A stretch of 37,601 nt of DNA from a virus (IMGVR_UViG_3300025018_000062:1-37601), one strand, 5' to 3'. Counted from the stretch's first letter, positions 19,147-27,958 are shown. The notes: generated by a model from the sequence alone, not told the origin. Numbers and translations: made by a program.

Positions 19147-19491
19147 CTAATCAAAAAAAAAGTATCCAGATCTCCATGAAGAGGGTCTGTTGCAATCAGA
19201 ATACCAATAAAGCGAATATTCTGCATACGAATTTGTGACCATAAATCCTATCTCTCTACCCCACTCAGCGAAATTCTTTCCATCGATGAACTTTGAAAGC
19301 CGTCCAAAACGAAAAGGGATGCTGATATACAACAACCCAAACAACCAACCAATGGAAAAAACAATTTCCTGCTCATTCGTATCAAGATCAACCATAAAGC
19401 CGAATGCTTTCCTTTTGGCGAACTCAAATATAATCCCATTGATATAGAAACGATCTTCACCTACCCTCCAAAAAACTATTCTTTTTTTCAT
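19147..19491 (-). CDS. Hypothetical aromatic-rich protein
   Basis: 114 aa; ATGA overlap with the upstream gene. Confidence 0.6.
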   Translation of the reverse strand: MKKRIVFWRVGEDRFYINGIIFEFAKRKAFGFMVDLDTNEQEIVFSIGWLFGLLYISIPFRFGRLSKFIDGKNFAEWGREIGFMVTNSYAEYSLYWYSDCNRPSSWRSGYFFFD

Positions 19492-19913
19492 AAATTCTTT
19501 TGATTAGCTTTCAGTTGTTTGTCGTACGCTTTTTGAGCTTCTTCTATGCAATTTTTACAAACAGAGTAGGCATCTTCATGAGGATATTCTCCTGTTCCTC
19601 CTGAACCAGCACCAGCACAAGCCTCATGGTGAAGATCATCGCATCTCTCACAACAATAGAAATCGTCATCAGAAGCTCCATACTTCTTGCAAACACAACA
19701 TTTCGGCAACTCATGAACCCCAGCAAGCTCTTCCCAAACAGCATCGCTTGATGCTTCCATCGCTGAAACCAGTAAAGCCTCTATCTCACTTGATACATCA
19801 ACAAATTTCAAGTGATTTTTATCTGAAACTATAAATAACCTCCCCATTTTCTGAAGCTCATTTACCTTTTCAGCCATTCCTGTAGTGAGTGATTGCTTGT
19901 TTTTGTCGCTCAT
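19488..19913 (-). CDS. Cys-rich zinc-finger (PHD-like pattern) protein
   Basis: CxxC...CxxC..HxxC...CxxC pattern. Confidence 0.6.
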   Translation of the reverse strand: MSDKNKQSLTTGMAEKVNELQKMGRLFIVSDKNHLKFVDVSSEIEALLVSAMEASSDAVWEELAGVHELPKCCVCKKYGASDDDFYCCERCDDLHHEACAGAGSGGTGEYPHEDAYSVCKNCIEEAQKAYDKQLKANQKNL

Positions 19914-20049
19914 AAAATTTTGTTAATTCCTCCAATGTTAGAAAATGATGCATCTGCTTTTTGCCATCCAGTACAAATTCGAGAGTATAGATCTCTTGAT
20001 CCTCTGGTAAAGCTGTTTCGCAAACCACTTCGATTTTATTCTTGCTCAT
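19870..20049 (-). CDS. Hypothetical 59-aa protein (not in the ORF track)
   Basis: MSKNKIEVVCETALPEDQEIY...; ATGA coupling to the upstream ORF. Confidence 0.55.
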   Translation of the reverse strand: MSKNKIEVVCETALPEDQEIYTLEFVLDGKKQMHHFLTLEELTKFYERQKQAITHYRNG

Positions 20050-20219
20050 ACGCTTTTTGGAACTGGAGTGGTTAATGATTCAAACGGCACTTCGTAATTA
20101 CAATCTGCATTTGTGCAATAAATACTTCGCCGACCACTTGAAGTCATGCTTGCTCCTGCAACTCTTTGCTCCCCACAATCAGGGCAAATTGGATATTTTT
20201 CTCTTGGTAAATTACTCAT
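20046..20219 (-). CDS. 57-aa zinc-ribbon protein (not in the ORF track)
   Basis: MSNLPREKYPICPDCG...YCTNADCNY; fills the gap. Confidence 0.6.
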   Translation of the reverse strand: MSNLPREKYPICPDCGEQRVAGASMTSSGRRSIYCTNADCNYEVPFESLTTPVPKSV

Positions 20220-20221
20220 AA

Positions 20222-20575
20222 TTACTTCATTCTAACAATTAGATTTTTTTCAGCGAGGTTGAATGAATGGATATCATCGAATGCGATATCTACCTTTCCA
20301 TCAACTGATTCGTCGTAATCTTGTTTTGTATAGCAACGGTAAACGTACTTCTCCAACCCATAGCGTCGAACAATCTTTTCTGCATATTCTTTTCCTCCTC
20401 CTGACCAAACAATGACCTTGGTATTTTTCATGCTCTTCGAGAAAATCTGCAATAACATGATGATCTCAAGATTCACCGTGCTTTCAGGTCGTTGATGAAT
20501 TGGGGTATCTGGTGGAATCCCCTCGTTGTTGAGGATTGTTCCATCGATATCAAATGCGATAATTATCTCTTTCAT
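20222..20575 (-). CDS. HAD-superfamily phosphatase-like protein
   Basis: AFDIDGT motif I, WSGGG motif II, FDD motif IV. Confidence 0.8.
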   Translation of the reverse strand: MKEIIIAFDIDGTILNNEGIPPDTPIHQRPESTVNLEIIMLLQIFSKSMKNTKVIVWSGGGKEYAEKIVRRYGLEKYVYRCYTKQDYDESVDGKVDIAFDDIHSFNLAEKNLIVRMK

Positions 20576-20718
20576 AAAAATTTACATTTAGGGCAAAGAA
20601 GATCCAGAGGAATCCCAGATACACTTTTCTTCAGACTTGCAAACCAACCTTTTTCTGCAAGCTCGACCATTGGTGGGGCTTCTACTCCACACTCATCGCA
20701 ACGTATTTCTTTTGCCAT
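20572..20718 (-). CDS. 48-aa zinc-binding microprotein (not in the ORF track)
   Basis: MAKEIRCDECG...KGW...LLCPKC; ATGA overlap with the HAD gene. Confidence 0.6.
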   Translation of the reverse strand: MAKEIRCDECGVEAPPMVELAEKGWFASLKKSVSGIPLDLLCPKCKFL

Positions 20719-20721
20719 ATT

Positions 20722-21015
20722 TTAACCCTTTACTTCTAAAAACCACGCCTGAAACGAACCAAGAATATGTTTGTCCGCTTCTTCCTTGCCGTCATCATCA
20801 TAGCTCAAATGAGATACTCCAACGGCTTTCATTTGATAAAGATCAAAGTTTTCAATATTTTCTTCAGTCATTCCCTCGTAAAGATCAATGACATTCTGCT
20901 TTTCTGGAAACAACCCAATAGGAGCAAGGATATACTGACCATCATCCCTTTCAAAATGATAATCTACTTCGATCTCTCCACACTCCATGCAATTTAATTT
21001 GATTGATTCTGGCAT
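20722..21015 (-). CDS. Hypothetical protein
   Basis: 97 aa in a tightly packed operon. Confidence 0.6.
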   Translation of the reverse strand: MPESIKLNCMECGEIEVDYHFERDDGQYILAPIGLFPEKQNVIDLYEGMTEENIENFDLYQMKAVGVSHLSYDDDGKEEADKHILGSFQAWFLEVKG

Positions 21016-21380
21016 AATTGTTCTTTAATTTTTTCAACTTCTTCTGGATTAGCTTCTCTCCACTTGTTCCATGATTCATCTTTCAGTTTCCACTCAAGCC
21101 ATTCACGAACATCAGGCTTCGGCTTGAACGGTTCTTTATATGCAAAACACTTGGTACATCGAGAAATAGCATTATCTGATCCTCTAGGCTGGCAATAGAT
21201 CAAATGCTGTGAACAGAAATATAAACCGCACCCATATTCTCCTCCATAGGGCTCGCTTCCGCAAACATACGGCAATCCTCGATCAATCTGTTTTTTACAA
21301 CGAGAATGATCGCATTCGGCTGGCACACCGTATCCGATATCTCTATTCCAATTGCTATCAAATCCAATGCTCCACCCCAT
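20994..21380 (-). CDS. Conserved Cys-rich phage protein
   Basis: RDIGYGVPAECDH...IDRGL.YVCG...GCGLYFC pattern recognised from phage hypotheticals. Confidence 0.75.
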   Translation of the reverse strand: MGWSIGFDSNWNRDIGYGVPAECDHSRCKKQIDRGLPYVCGSEPYGGEYGCGLYFCSQHLIYCQPRGSDNAISRCTKCFAYKEPFKPKPDVREWLEWKLKDESWNKWREANPEEVEKIKEQLCQNQSN

Positions 21381-21382
21381 AG

Positions 21383-21697
21383 CTATTTTTTTTCAATTAA
21401 ATCAGCAAGCCTTTGTAATGAACGACGTAAAGAAGAAATACTCACAAACTTGTTTATCTCTCCTCCAAGAGTAAAAACACAAACCTCCTTTTTGTCGAAT
21501 AATTCTGAAATTACTTTCTCGATGTGAGGTTCTGCATCAGTCTGAGTTTCAAGCTCTGGAAAATCTCGCAAATCGAATATTGATCCATCAGGAAATTTCA
21601 CGCCGTAATTGTGAGATCCAAACATATCATCAACAAAAACAGCTTCTTCCCATTTTTCAGTTATTGGATGCTTCACTCTCTTGGTATATGTAGACAT
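21383..21697 (-). CDS. Hypothetical protein
   Basis: 104 aa; DDMFGSHNYGVKFPDG. Confidence 0.65.
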   Translation of the reverse strand: MSTYTKRVKHPITEKWEEAVFVDDMFGSHNYGVKFPDGSIFDLRDFPELETQTDAEPHIEKVISELFDKKEVCVFTLGGEINKFVSISSLRRSLQRLADLIEKK

Positions 21698-21700
21698 AAT

Positions 21701-21958
21701 TTATAAATTTTTATTACAAACATCACAGAACTTTTTCAGATCCTCAATCACTCTAATTCCTCCAACAATTCCAACACCTGCTGGCAATTCATTGAGGTTT
21801 TTTTCTACTGATTTACTCACGCTCTCCAAATGCTCTTTGCAAAGAACAATTTTATCTCTCATCTTTTTCGGGTTCATTTTTGAAAACAAATGATTCAAAT
21901 CAGAGAGTGTCATTTCTGGCTCAGGAGCTTTGTTTGACAATGTGCTTGTAGTATTCAT
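21701..21958 (-). CDS. Hypothetical protein
   Basis: 85 aa; operon packing. Confidence 0.6.
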   Translation of the reverse strand: MNTTSTLSNKAPEPEMTLSDLNHLFSKMNPKKMRDKIVLCKEHLESVSKSVEKNLNELPAGVGIVGGIRVIEDLKKFCDVCNKNL

Positions 21959-21960
21959 AT

Positions 21961-22242
21961 TTATTCTGATTCCGTTATTACTTCGTATGTTTTTAGGAAA
22001 ATATCAACTTTGCAAGGGTAGCATTCTCCATTCACGCCCTTGATGATCACATCTTCTTCTGTGGCTCTCATCACCCCCTCAAGAGTAGTGATTTCAGCAT
22101 AACATTGTTTGCCTTTTGGTTTTGTGTTATCTCCAACAATTCGAATTGGTCTTTCTTTTGTTGACCATTGCAAAATATCATCCATGTACATCAGCTCACA
22201 AGGGAAGTAATCAACGACTACTGGCTTTTTTCGTGCTTTCAT
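21961..22242 (-). CDS. Conserved phage protein (PGDYG-like)
   Basis: RKKPVVV...TLEG.M...IIKGVNGE.YPCK.DIF.KTYE. Confidence 0.8.
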   Translation of the reverse strand: MKARKKPVVVDYFPCELMYMDDILQWSTKERPIRIVGDNTKPKGKQCYAEITTLEGVMRATEEDVIIKGVNGECYPCKVDIFLKTYEVITESE

Positions 22243-22403
22243 AGAAACTTGTAAATGAATGATAAATGAAACGAATACAGGTAGATATCAAAACCTTTAT
22301 GCCCTGTGATGTAATTATCTCGATCAAAACGAAATGGTTTATCGAACTTTCGATCTACTTTTCGGATTTTGAGATAGAATCTTCTTCGTAATTTATTGAA
22401 CAT
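22239..22403 (-). CDS. Hypothetical 54-aa protein (not in the ORF track)
   Basis: MFNKLRRRFYLKIRKVD...; fills the gap with an ATGA overlap. Confidence 0.5.
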   Translation of the reverse strand: MFNKLRRRFYLKIRKVDRKFDKPFRFDRDNYITGHKGFDIYLYSFHLSFIYKFL

Positions 22404-22405
22404 AT

Positions 22406-22654
22406 TTATTTTCTTGTTTTTTCAACACCTTTTTGAATTGCCTCCTCTGAGAACCCCTTTGCCTCTTGTCGCTTCACCTCTTCGTTCCATCGACCAATAT
22501 CACGAAAGCAAAGATCACAGAGCTTCTTGTGCTTCGTTGCCCTGTTCTTCCCTAATTCCCAGACATAACCGAACCAAGAAACAATCACACCGATCCCAAA
22601 TAACCAGAGGAATCCGTAAAATAAATGTAATAGAAATGTAATAAAATCAGTCAT
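22406..22654 (-). CDS. Small membrane protein
   Basis: N-terminal hydrophobic helix and CxxC. Confidence 0.6.
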   Translation of the reverse strand: MTDFITFLLHLFYGFLWLFGIGVIVSWFGYVWELGKNRATKHKKLCDLCFRDIGRWNEEVKRQEAKGFSEEAIQKGVEKTRK

Positions 22655-22655
22655 A

Positions 22656-23243
22656 TTATCGTTTGAATTTACCGTTTTTTCCTAGCTTTGGGGCACTCGT
22701 TGTTTGTTTGTCGTAAATATAAATCCCATCCATGTGATCGATCTCATGCTGAAACACTTTCGCTTGCATACCTCTCAACTCAGCCGTGACCTTTGGCGAA
22801 ACCTTGCCATCTTCCATCAACTCGTACCATTCAGCTTTGATCTTTTCAAACCGAGGAACATAAACAGTTCGATCCTCCAGCGAGTGGAATGTATAACACC
22901 CCTCATTGTGAGGTTCTGCTTGATTTTCATGAGGCTTCCAAGTGATCTTTGGATTGATAATTGCATCCCCTTTTGTTGTTACGAAAAATCGCAATGGATC
23001 TTTTTTCGTAATCTGAGAGTGAGCTAATGCATATCCTGATTGCCATCTTCCAACAGGTCTCCGAAGTTGATCCACCATTTTCATCCCATCTTCAATCACT
23101 CTGGCAATATCTTCAGTTGATTCAACCTCTCTACTTTTTACGTCGTGACGAGGTATTAGAATTACCTCTTCTCTTCCTTGTTGTTTTAGTTTTTCCTTTA
23201 CTGATAACTCCTTTTTGTCGCTTCCTAGTTTTTTTGCTTTCAT
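22656..23243 (-). CDS. def: Peptide deformylase
   Basis: Motif 1 variant GYALAHSQ, motif 2 EGC, motif 3 QHEIDHMDG; INPKI. Confidence 0.88.
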   Translation of the reverse strand: MKAKKLGSDKKELSVKEKLKQQGREEVILIPRHDVKSREVESTEDIARVIEDGMKMVDQLRRPVGRWQSGYALAHSQITKKDPLRFFVTTKGDAIINPKITWKPHENQAEPHNEGCYTFHSLEDRTVYVPRFEKIKAEWYELMEDGKVSPKVTAELRGMQAKVFQHEIDHMDGIYIYDKQTTSAPKLGKNGKFKR

Positions 23244-23634
23244 ATTGCTTGTTTAATTTTGTAACCAACTGAGTGAACATATAGTCCTGAGCATAGGCGA
23301 GCCCCTCCGTTTCTCCAGCCATGTTTCTTCCCTCAATGAGAATGAAATCGACCAAATGAGATGTTTCATGCACTAAACGGCTGTAATGAGTAATCGAGTT
23401 AGCCTCCCAATCCCTGAGCCACAACATTCGAGCACCATCGTATCCGAAACACCCACCAGCTGATTGATCGAATGTAGCTTTTATGCCATCCGAGTGCTCA
23501 ACATATTCAATCAACCCTTTCTTCACCCCAATTCTTTTCATTACCTTTACAGCTTCAGCATGTGAATATCCAACCATTACGAGAAATTCATCAGGAAAAA
23601 TATGCAAGCTCTGAATGAACCATGTTTTCATCAT
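23131..23634 (-). CDS. HExxH (zincin-like) phage protein
   Basis: LVHETSH followed by E.LAY. Confidence 0.65.
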   Translation of the reverse strand: MMKTWFIQSLHIFPDEFLVMVGYSHAEAVKVMKRIGVKKGLIEYVEHSDGIKATFDQSAGGCFGYDGARMLWLRDWEANSITHYSRLVHETSHLVDFILIEGRNMAGETEGLAYAQDYMFTQLVTKLNKQYESKKTRKRQKGVISKGKTKTTRKRRGNSNTSSRRKK

Positions 23635-24017
23635 AGCTTTGTGATAATGAATTCAGCTGAAATCGGCTTCATTTGCCCATCTTCAGGCTGATTCACAACC
23701 TCATAGCTAGTATGTAAATGCCGAATCTGCTTCTTCGACTTCACAAACACCCTTTCTAAAATGGCAAAGAACTCTGGAAGCAAGTGATCAATGCTCGATT
23801 TGTTTCGAACCACAAAATGAATTGTGACTTCAACATCTTCATCAACCTGAGATCCTTTGTAATCGCTTCTGAGGCGGTTGTAGTTGTTGAAAGCCCACTT
23901 GCTATACATCTGATGCTTTTGAAGAAGAATATCCTCTCCTGAGCGTTTCAGCTTCCAATGATCAGGTCGTGTTTTTGGTATTCCGATCAATTCACCTGTA
24001 AAAATCATTTTGTTCAT
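23631..24017 (-). CDS. Hypothetical protein, possibly a degenerate RusA-like fold
   Basis: VEVTIHF...SIDHLL...ILERVF..KKQI resembles the RusA layout but lacks the catalytic Asp set. Confidence 0.5.
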   Translation of the reverse strand: MNKMIFTGELIGIPKTRPDHWKLKRSGEDILLQKHQMYSKWAFNNYNRLRSDYKGSQVDEDVEVTIHFVVRNKSSIDHLLPEFFAILERVFVKSKKQIRHLHTSYEVVNQPEDGQMKPISAEFIITKL

Positions 24018-24019
24018 AA

Positions 24020-24121
24020 AAGAGATTGACTGTTCGGCAAATAATAATCACAAAGATCCTAGCTGAAGCCGAGAAAAATGTGACACTTTATTCACACACT
24101 TGTCGGAACAGTCAGTCTCTT
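24020..24121. ncRNA. Long-stem multiloop RNA element
   Basis: Arms 24020-24040 and 24100-24121 form about 21 bp enclosing about 60 nt. Confidence 0.55.
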
Positions 24122-24190
24122 GCATGTACTCCGATTAGATGGAATTGATTGTGATTTCTTTTTGCATAAATTTTGTTTAACGGTATCTCT

Positions 24191-24199
24191 ATTATAGCA
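24191..24199 (-). promoter_or_regulatory. Extended -10 promoter (TGCTATAAT)
   Basis: TGn-TATAAT upstream of a 10-codon uORF (24135-24167) and the stem element. Confidence 0.6.
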
Positions 24200-24222
24200 A
24201 ATGATTATTATAATTGTAATAT

Positions 24223-24495
24223 CTAGTTATCCAGATTTTTTTTGACACTATGGTTTTTTTGCTTCCCCAAGTATTCAAGATCACCCATTAGGAGAGAGCA
24301 CCGATGTTGAGCTTTGTTTTTAGCCTTGTAGTAGATAATAGATTCGAAGAAAAACACTAGAGCCATTCCCCACGCTATTGATTCCTTGTAATCATGGTCT
24401 AAATAGCTGAAATAGATGCTTCCGATTATAATCCCAGCCATTAGCCATTGAAAAGTGAATCCTGCAAATTTAATGAGTACATCCAAAAATTTCAT
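24223..24495 (-). CDS. Two-TM membrane protein
   Basis: 90 aa with two hydrophobic segments. Confidence 0.6.
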   Translation of the reverse strand: MKFLDVLIKFAGFTFQWLMAGIIIGSIYFSYLDHDYKESIAWGMALVFFFESIIYYKAKNKAQHRCSLLMGDLEYLGKQKNHSVKKNLDN

Positions 24496-24498
24496 ATA

Positions 24499-24780
24499 CT
24501 AGAGCTTCTTTACTGATAAAATGACGTGATTATCTGTGAGCCCCCTCAACTCCATTGACTTCGACAATACATGAGTGACCTCAAATTGGAGCTTTTTACC
24601 TACAACCTGAGATGGCATCTCTTTTTCACCTTGCCACAAGATCTCTTCATCAAAGGCAAGAATATCGCCTTTTTGGTAATCCCTGTCGTTGATTCTCAGT
24701 TCACACTTCTTGATTCCTGAGACGAGTGCTTCCAGATACTGTCGCTGGATTTTTAGATTGTGAATTCTTTTTTTGCTCAT
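24499..24780 (-). CDS. ASCH/DUF3850-like protein
   Basis: HNLKI...SGIKKCELRINDRDYQKGD. Confidence 0.85.
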   Translation of the reverse strand: MSKKRIHNLKIQRQYLEALVSGIKKCELRINDRDYQKGDILAFDEEILWQGEKEMPSQVVGKKLQFEVTHVLSKSMELRGLTDNHVILSVKKL

Positions 24781-25094
24781 ACAGTTGGATCAAAGGCTGT
24801 AATCTCTGCACTACCAGCATCAATCTTGTAAAACATCAGGTAATTACAAAGCGGATCAGCAACTTTGAAGAATAGTTTTGAATAACGTCTACCTTTTTCA
24901 CCTTTGTTTAGTGGTTGCAATCGCATCGTTCGATGCCCCTCTTTTCGATATACAGCAAAATATCTATGGTGATCACTTGGGGATAACTCTTCAGATCTAT
25001 AGTCATCCTTTCTCCGTTTTTTTCGAGATTCCATTCCCTTGAACATAACCTCGAATCCTTGAATTATTTTCTCGTCGCTTTTTACTTCATGCAT
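24777..25094 (-). CDS. Hypothetical protein
   Basis: 105 aa; ATGA overlap. Confidence 0.6.
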   Translation of the reverse strand: MHEVKSDEKIIQGFEVMFKGMESRKKRRKDDYRSEELSPSDHHRYFAVYRKEGHRTMRLQPLNKGEKGRRYSKLFFKVADPLCNYLMFYKIDAGSAEITAFDPTV

Positions 25095-25114
25095 ATTACT
25101 TTTTGCCTATTTAA

Positions 25115-25339
25115 TTATTTAGATAAAAGCTCTTTCCCTCTTGGGCTATCAACTGGAATGATTTGAATCCTCGAACAAGAGGCACATACCATTTCACGAG
25201 TAGATAACCTCCAAATGCTGTATAAAATACCTATCCCAAAGAACAACCAAAGCAAAAGCTCAACAGCAAAGCTCCCTTTTGTGAGCTTCTTTGGCATTCC
25301 AACGTGACCGCATAGGGTACAAATTACTTCTTTTTTCAT
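25115..25339 (-). CDS. LITAF-like zinc-ribbon membrane protein
   Basis: CxxC - hydrophobic stretch - CxxC. Confidence 0.7.
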   Translation of the reverse strand: MKKEVICTLCGHVGMPKKLTKGSFAVELLLWLFFGIGILYSIWRLSTREMVCASCSRIQIIPVDSPRGKELLSK

Positions 25340-25351
25340 ATAGTTATTTAA

Positions 25352-25501
25352 TTATAATCGTTTTGTGAGATGCCACAGATTACATCTTGGGCATCGATAG
25401 ATCCTCAATGGAGCACCTTGCTTTTTCCTCCTGTTCCGAACCGTTTGTGCGAGTTTTTTTGAATAGCAATTTTTGCCATTACATTTTTTTCTATGTTCCA
25501 T
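25352..25501 (-). CDS. 49-aa conserved phage zinc-finger protein (not in the ORF track)
   Basis: C..K.CY...LRIYRCPRCNLWHLT motif. Confidence 0.75.
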   Translation of the reverse strand: MEHRKKCNGKNCYSKKLAQTVRNRRKKQGAPLRIYRCPRCNLWHLTKRL

Positions 25502-25514
25502 AGAACTCTACACT

Positions 25515-25889
25515 TTATTTTTTCGTCCATGTGTACTTGACCAGCGTAATTTTGATATCAGGATGCTCTTTTTCAAAGATTGCAATGAACAGTTTCCATT
25601 TCAATCGCCAAACAGCTGTCTCGAAACCTTTGCATTCAACATACTCTTTTGTTCCATCGTGATGGTGAATAATGAAGTCGATTTTGTAGGTACAGATCTT
25701 TTTATCATGCACTCTCAGCTCAATTGTTTTTTGACGCTCCCAGCTCTTGATATCCTTTGCTTTCAATCGCCAATCCAACTCCATTGCATATTCCGATTCA
25801 AACTTGGAATCATACGAAAATCCATTATAGGTTTGCTTCACAGCACCATATTTGTTTTTTCGTTTTGGCTTGAAATAGGTCTTTCTCAT
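25515..25889 (-). CDS. DUF1064-family PD-(D/E)xK nuclease-like protein
   Basis: NKYGA, YDSKFE, ERQ, YKIDF, VECKG motifs. Confidence 0.85.
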   Translation of the reverse strand: MRKTYFKPKRKNKYGAVKQTYNGFSYDSKFESEYAMELDWRLKAKDIKSWERQKTIELRVHDKKICTYKIDFIIHHHDGTKEYVECKGFETAVWRLKWKLFIAIFEKEHPDIKITLVKYTWTKK

Positions 25890-26116
25890 GCGATTCGTTG
25901 ATTATTCCACTTTTTTGTTTCTTCTGGCGACTTTTCTTGAACATACTCAGAGAAACACTCCACAGAACAAATCAGCAATGGGCTTCCATTTTGTTGAGTG
26001 AGCCACTTGAACCCACCCTCTTGATTCTCGAAGCACAAGCCTTTAATCATCAAGAGTGAATGTTCTGGAGTTTTTTTGCATTGAGTACAGCAAAGCGGAT
26101 ATTCGATATCTATCAT
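25886..26116 (-). CDS. Cys-rich hypothetical protein
   Basis: CxxC...CSVEC. Confidence 0.6.
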   Translation of the reverse strand: MIDIEYPLCCTQCKKTPEHSLLMIKGLCFENQEGGFKWLTQQNGSPLLICSVECFSEYVQEKSPEETKKWNNQRIA

Positions 26117-26120
26117 ATTT

Positions 26121-26522
26121 TTATTTCTGTTGATTATTTAATAAATTCACTAATTCTTTCTTGCACTCCTCGCATCGATATTGATTTTTAGCTGGATGCG
26201 ATTGGCAACCTCTCTTTTTCATTTCAGCTTCTTCCCTTTTGTAAAGCCCAGCAAGATCAGAGCCAATTCGTTTCAATGCACTCTGGATATGGTCAAATGC
26301 ATACATTATCAAACTTGGTCTACCAAACATGAAAAATTGCCGTGTAGCTTCAACCTCAGTCGTTTCATAATCTATCTGCTTCACATCTTCAATCATCAGC
26401 ATTATGGTAGCAAATACCTCATTTTGATAAATGATTTCCCCATTAGCCGTTTCAATAGTGACTTTCATTCTATCACCATCAAATGCAATCTCTCTTGGGT
26501 TCTTGATCTTGTTGATACTCAT
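26121..26522 (-). CDS. Hypothetical protein
   Basis: 133 aa; C-terminal C..H...CxxC. Confidence 0.6.
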   Translation of the reverse strand: MSINKIKNPREIAFDGDRMKVTIETANGEIIYQNEVFATIMLMIEDVKQIDYETTEVEATRQFFMFGRPSLIMYAFDHIQSALKRIGSDLAGLYKREEAEMKKRGCQSHPAKNQYRCEECKKELVNLLNNQQK

Positions 26523-26526
26523 GTAA

Positions 26527-26841
26527 TTACTTCAATTTAGGGATTGTAAACTTGATTCGGATCGATGGTTTCGGCGTTGCAACCCCATCTTCTTTTTCTT
26601 TTTCCTGAATTGCTTTCACGACGTTCATCAATGCTGTTGTTTCTTCACTATATTTCCACGTTGGCTGATCGTACATTGTGAACATTCCTAGATTGTTGGT
26701 GAGTTTTTGACCCTCTACGGTCTCTAATTCTTCCATCAATTTCGGTTTGATTTTCGCTTGCTCATCTTTCAACCCTTTGATCTTCTGATCAAGTTCAGCA
26801 TATTGCTTGAACACATCTGTTTTTTTTACTTCTTTCGACAT
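26527..26841 (-). CDS. Conserved coiled-coil phage protein
   Basis: 104 aa; N-terminal coiled coil and TWKYS motif. Confidence 0.7.
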   Translation of the reverse strand: MSKEVKKTDVFKQYAELDQKIKGLKDEQAKIKPKLMEELETVEGQKLTNNLGMFTMYDQPTWKYSEETTALMNVVKAIQEKEKEDGVATPKPSIRIKFTIPKLK

Positions 26842-27008
26842 ATTTCGAAGCCTAATCTGTGAAGCTCATCAACAAGTAAAACGACTAGCGATGTTTTTGG
26901 GGTATTCTCAAGAAAATCGTAAATTTCATTATTTGATTCACCTGAACACCCTTTCAAAGCATCCATCATCGCCTCGTACTGTTCATGACCCTCTGCAAAT
27001 ATAGACAT
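26826..27008 (-). CDS. Hypothetical protein
   Basis: 60 aa; fills the gap. Confidence 0.55.
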   Translation of the reverse strand: MSIFAEGHEQYEAMMDALKGCSGESNNEIYDFLENTPKTSLVVLLVDELHRLGFEICRKK

Positions 27009-27011
27009 AAA

Positions 27012-27305
27012 TTATTCTTTGTTAATACTGATCGCTTTTACTTGAGCCCCTCTTGCTAATTTCTCAATCACCACCTCAGCATTATCTACAACAATACTTT
27101 TGACACCAGCTGGATGAAATTGTCCTGTAATGAGCTCATCCATTGTGATCGGCATCGGTAAATCAATTTCTCTTTCTAGGATCATGCCCCATAAACGAGA
27201 TACTTCGTTTCGGTCTCTGCATACAATATAGCTTCGATTCTCTTGTGCTATCTTCAGCAGTTTTGTTGTTTTTCCTGATGCTCTTGGTGAACAAATTATA
27301 ATCAT
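27012..27305 (-). CDS. Short P-loop protein
   Basis: SPRASGKTT Walker A and IVVDN Walker B-like motif in 97 aa. Confidence 0.7.
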   Translation of the reverse strand: MIIICSPRASGKTTKLLKIAQENRSYIVCRDRNEVSRLWGMILEREIDLPMPITMDELITGQFHPAGVKSIVVDNAEVVIEKLARGAQVKAISINKE

Positions 27306-27958
27306 ACCAATTTGTTTAATGCTTGAGAGAAACGAATCTTCACCTGCTCTTTGAATTGCCCCAATCGATGTGTTTTTTGATCGTAATCAATAAAATTATC
27401 TTTGAAACTGTTGTACAAATCCTCAACAACATGAGTGAGAATAATCTCCACTTTTTCTTGGTTTAGAACAACATCATCAAAGCTCTGTAGGGTATGAATA
27501 AATTTGCTAACCTCTCTCTGGTCTGGATGACCGATTGTGATATTCCAACCGCAATCGCAATCTTCCTCACCACAATCATTGATCTTTAGAACCTTGAAAT
27601 CTCCTACTTGAAGATAATCTTCCTTTTTGATAATTTCGGAAATTCTCTCAACGACCTGAGCGTTTTCAACAAACTCGCTTTCTGAATCTTCTTCAGCTTC
27701 TTTTTCCTTGATATGTTTCAACATTAGATTTTTTTCATCCTCAAGCAACATCCCTTTTGCCCCATAATGCTTGCAACACTCGATGAATAATTCTGATGCC
27801 ATCGACCCAGTAAATGTTTCGTATTTTGAAACTCCCAGAATCTTGTTTCGCTCCATGAGCATACAAATAGGGCATTGACCTGATTTTGTTCCCTCACTTG
27901 TAATCATTGGCGAATTTAATTCTTCAGGGAAATCTCTCTTGCATTCTTTACAAATCAT
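27302..27958 (-). CDS. Hypothetical protein with an N-terminal CxxC...CPIC zinc module
   Basis: 218 aa. Confidence 0.65.
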   Translation of the reverse strand: MICKECKRDFPEELNSPMITSEGTKSGQCPICMLMERNKILGVSKYETFTGSMASELFIECCKHYGAKGMLLEDEKNLMLKHIKEKEAEEDSESEFVENAQVVERISEIIKKEDYLQVGDFKVLKINDCGEEDCDCGWNITIGHPDQREVSKFIHTLQSFDDVVLNQEKVEIILTHVVEDLYNSFKDNFIDYDQKTHRLGQFKEQVKIRFSQALNKLV

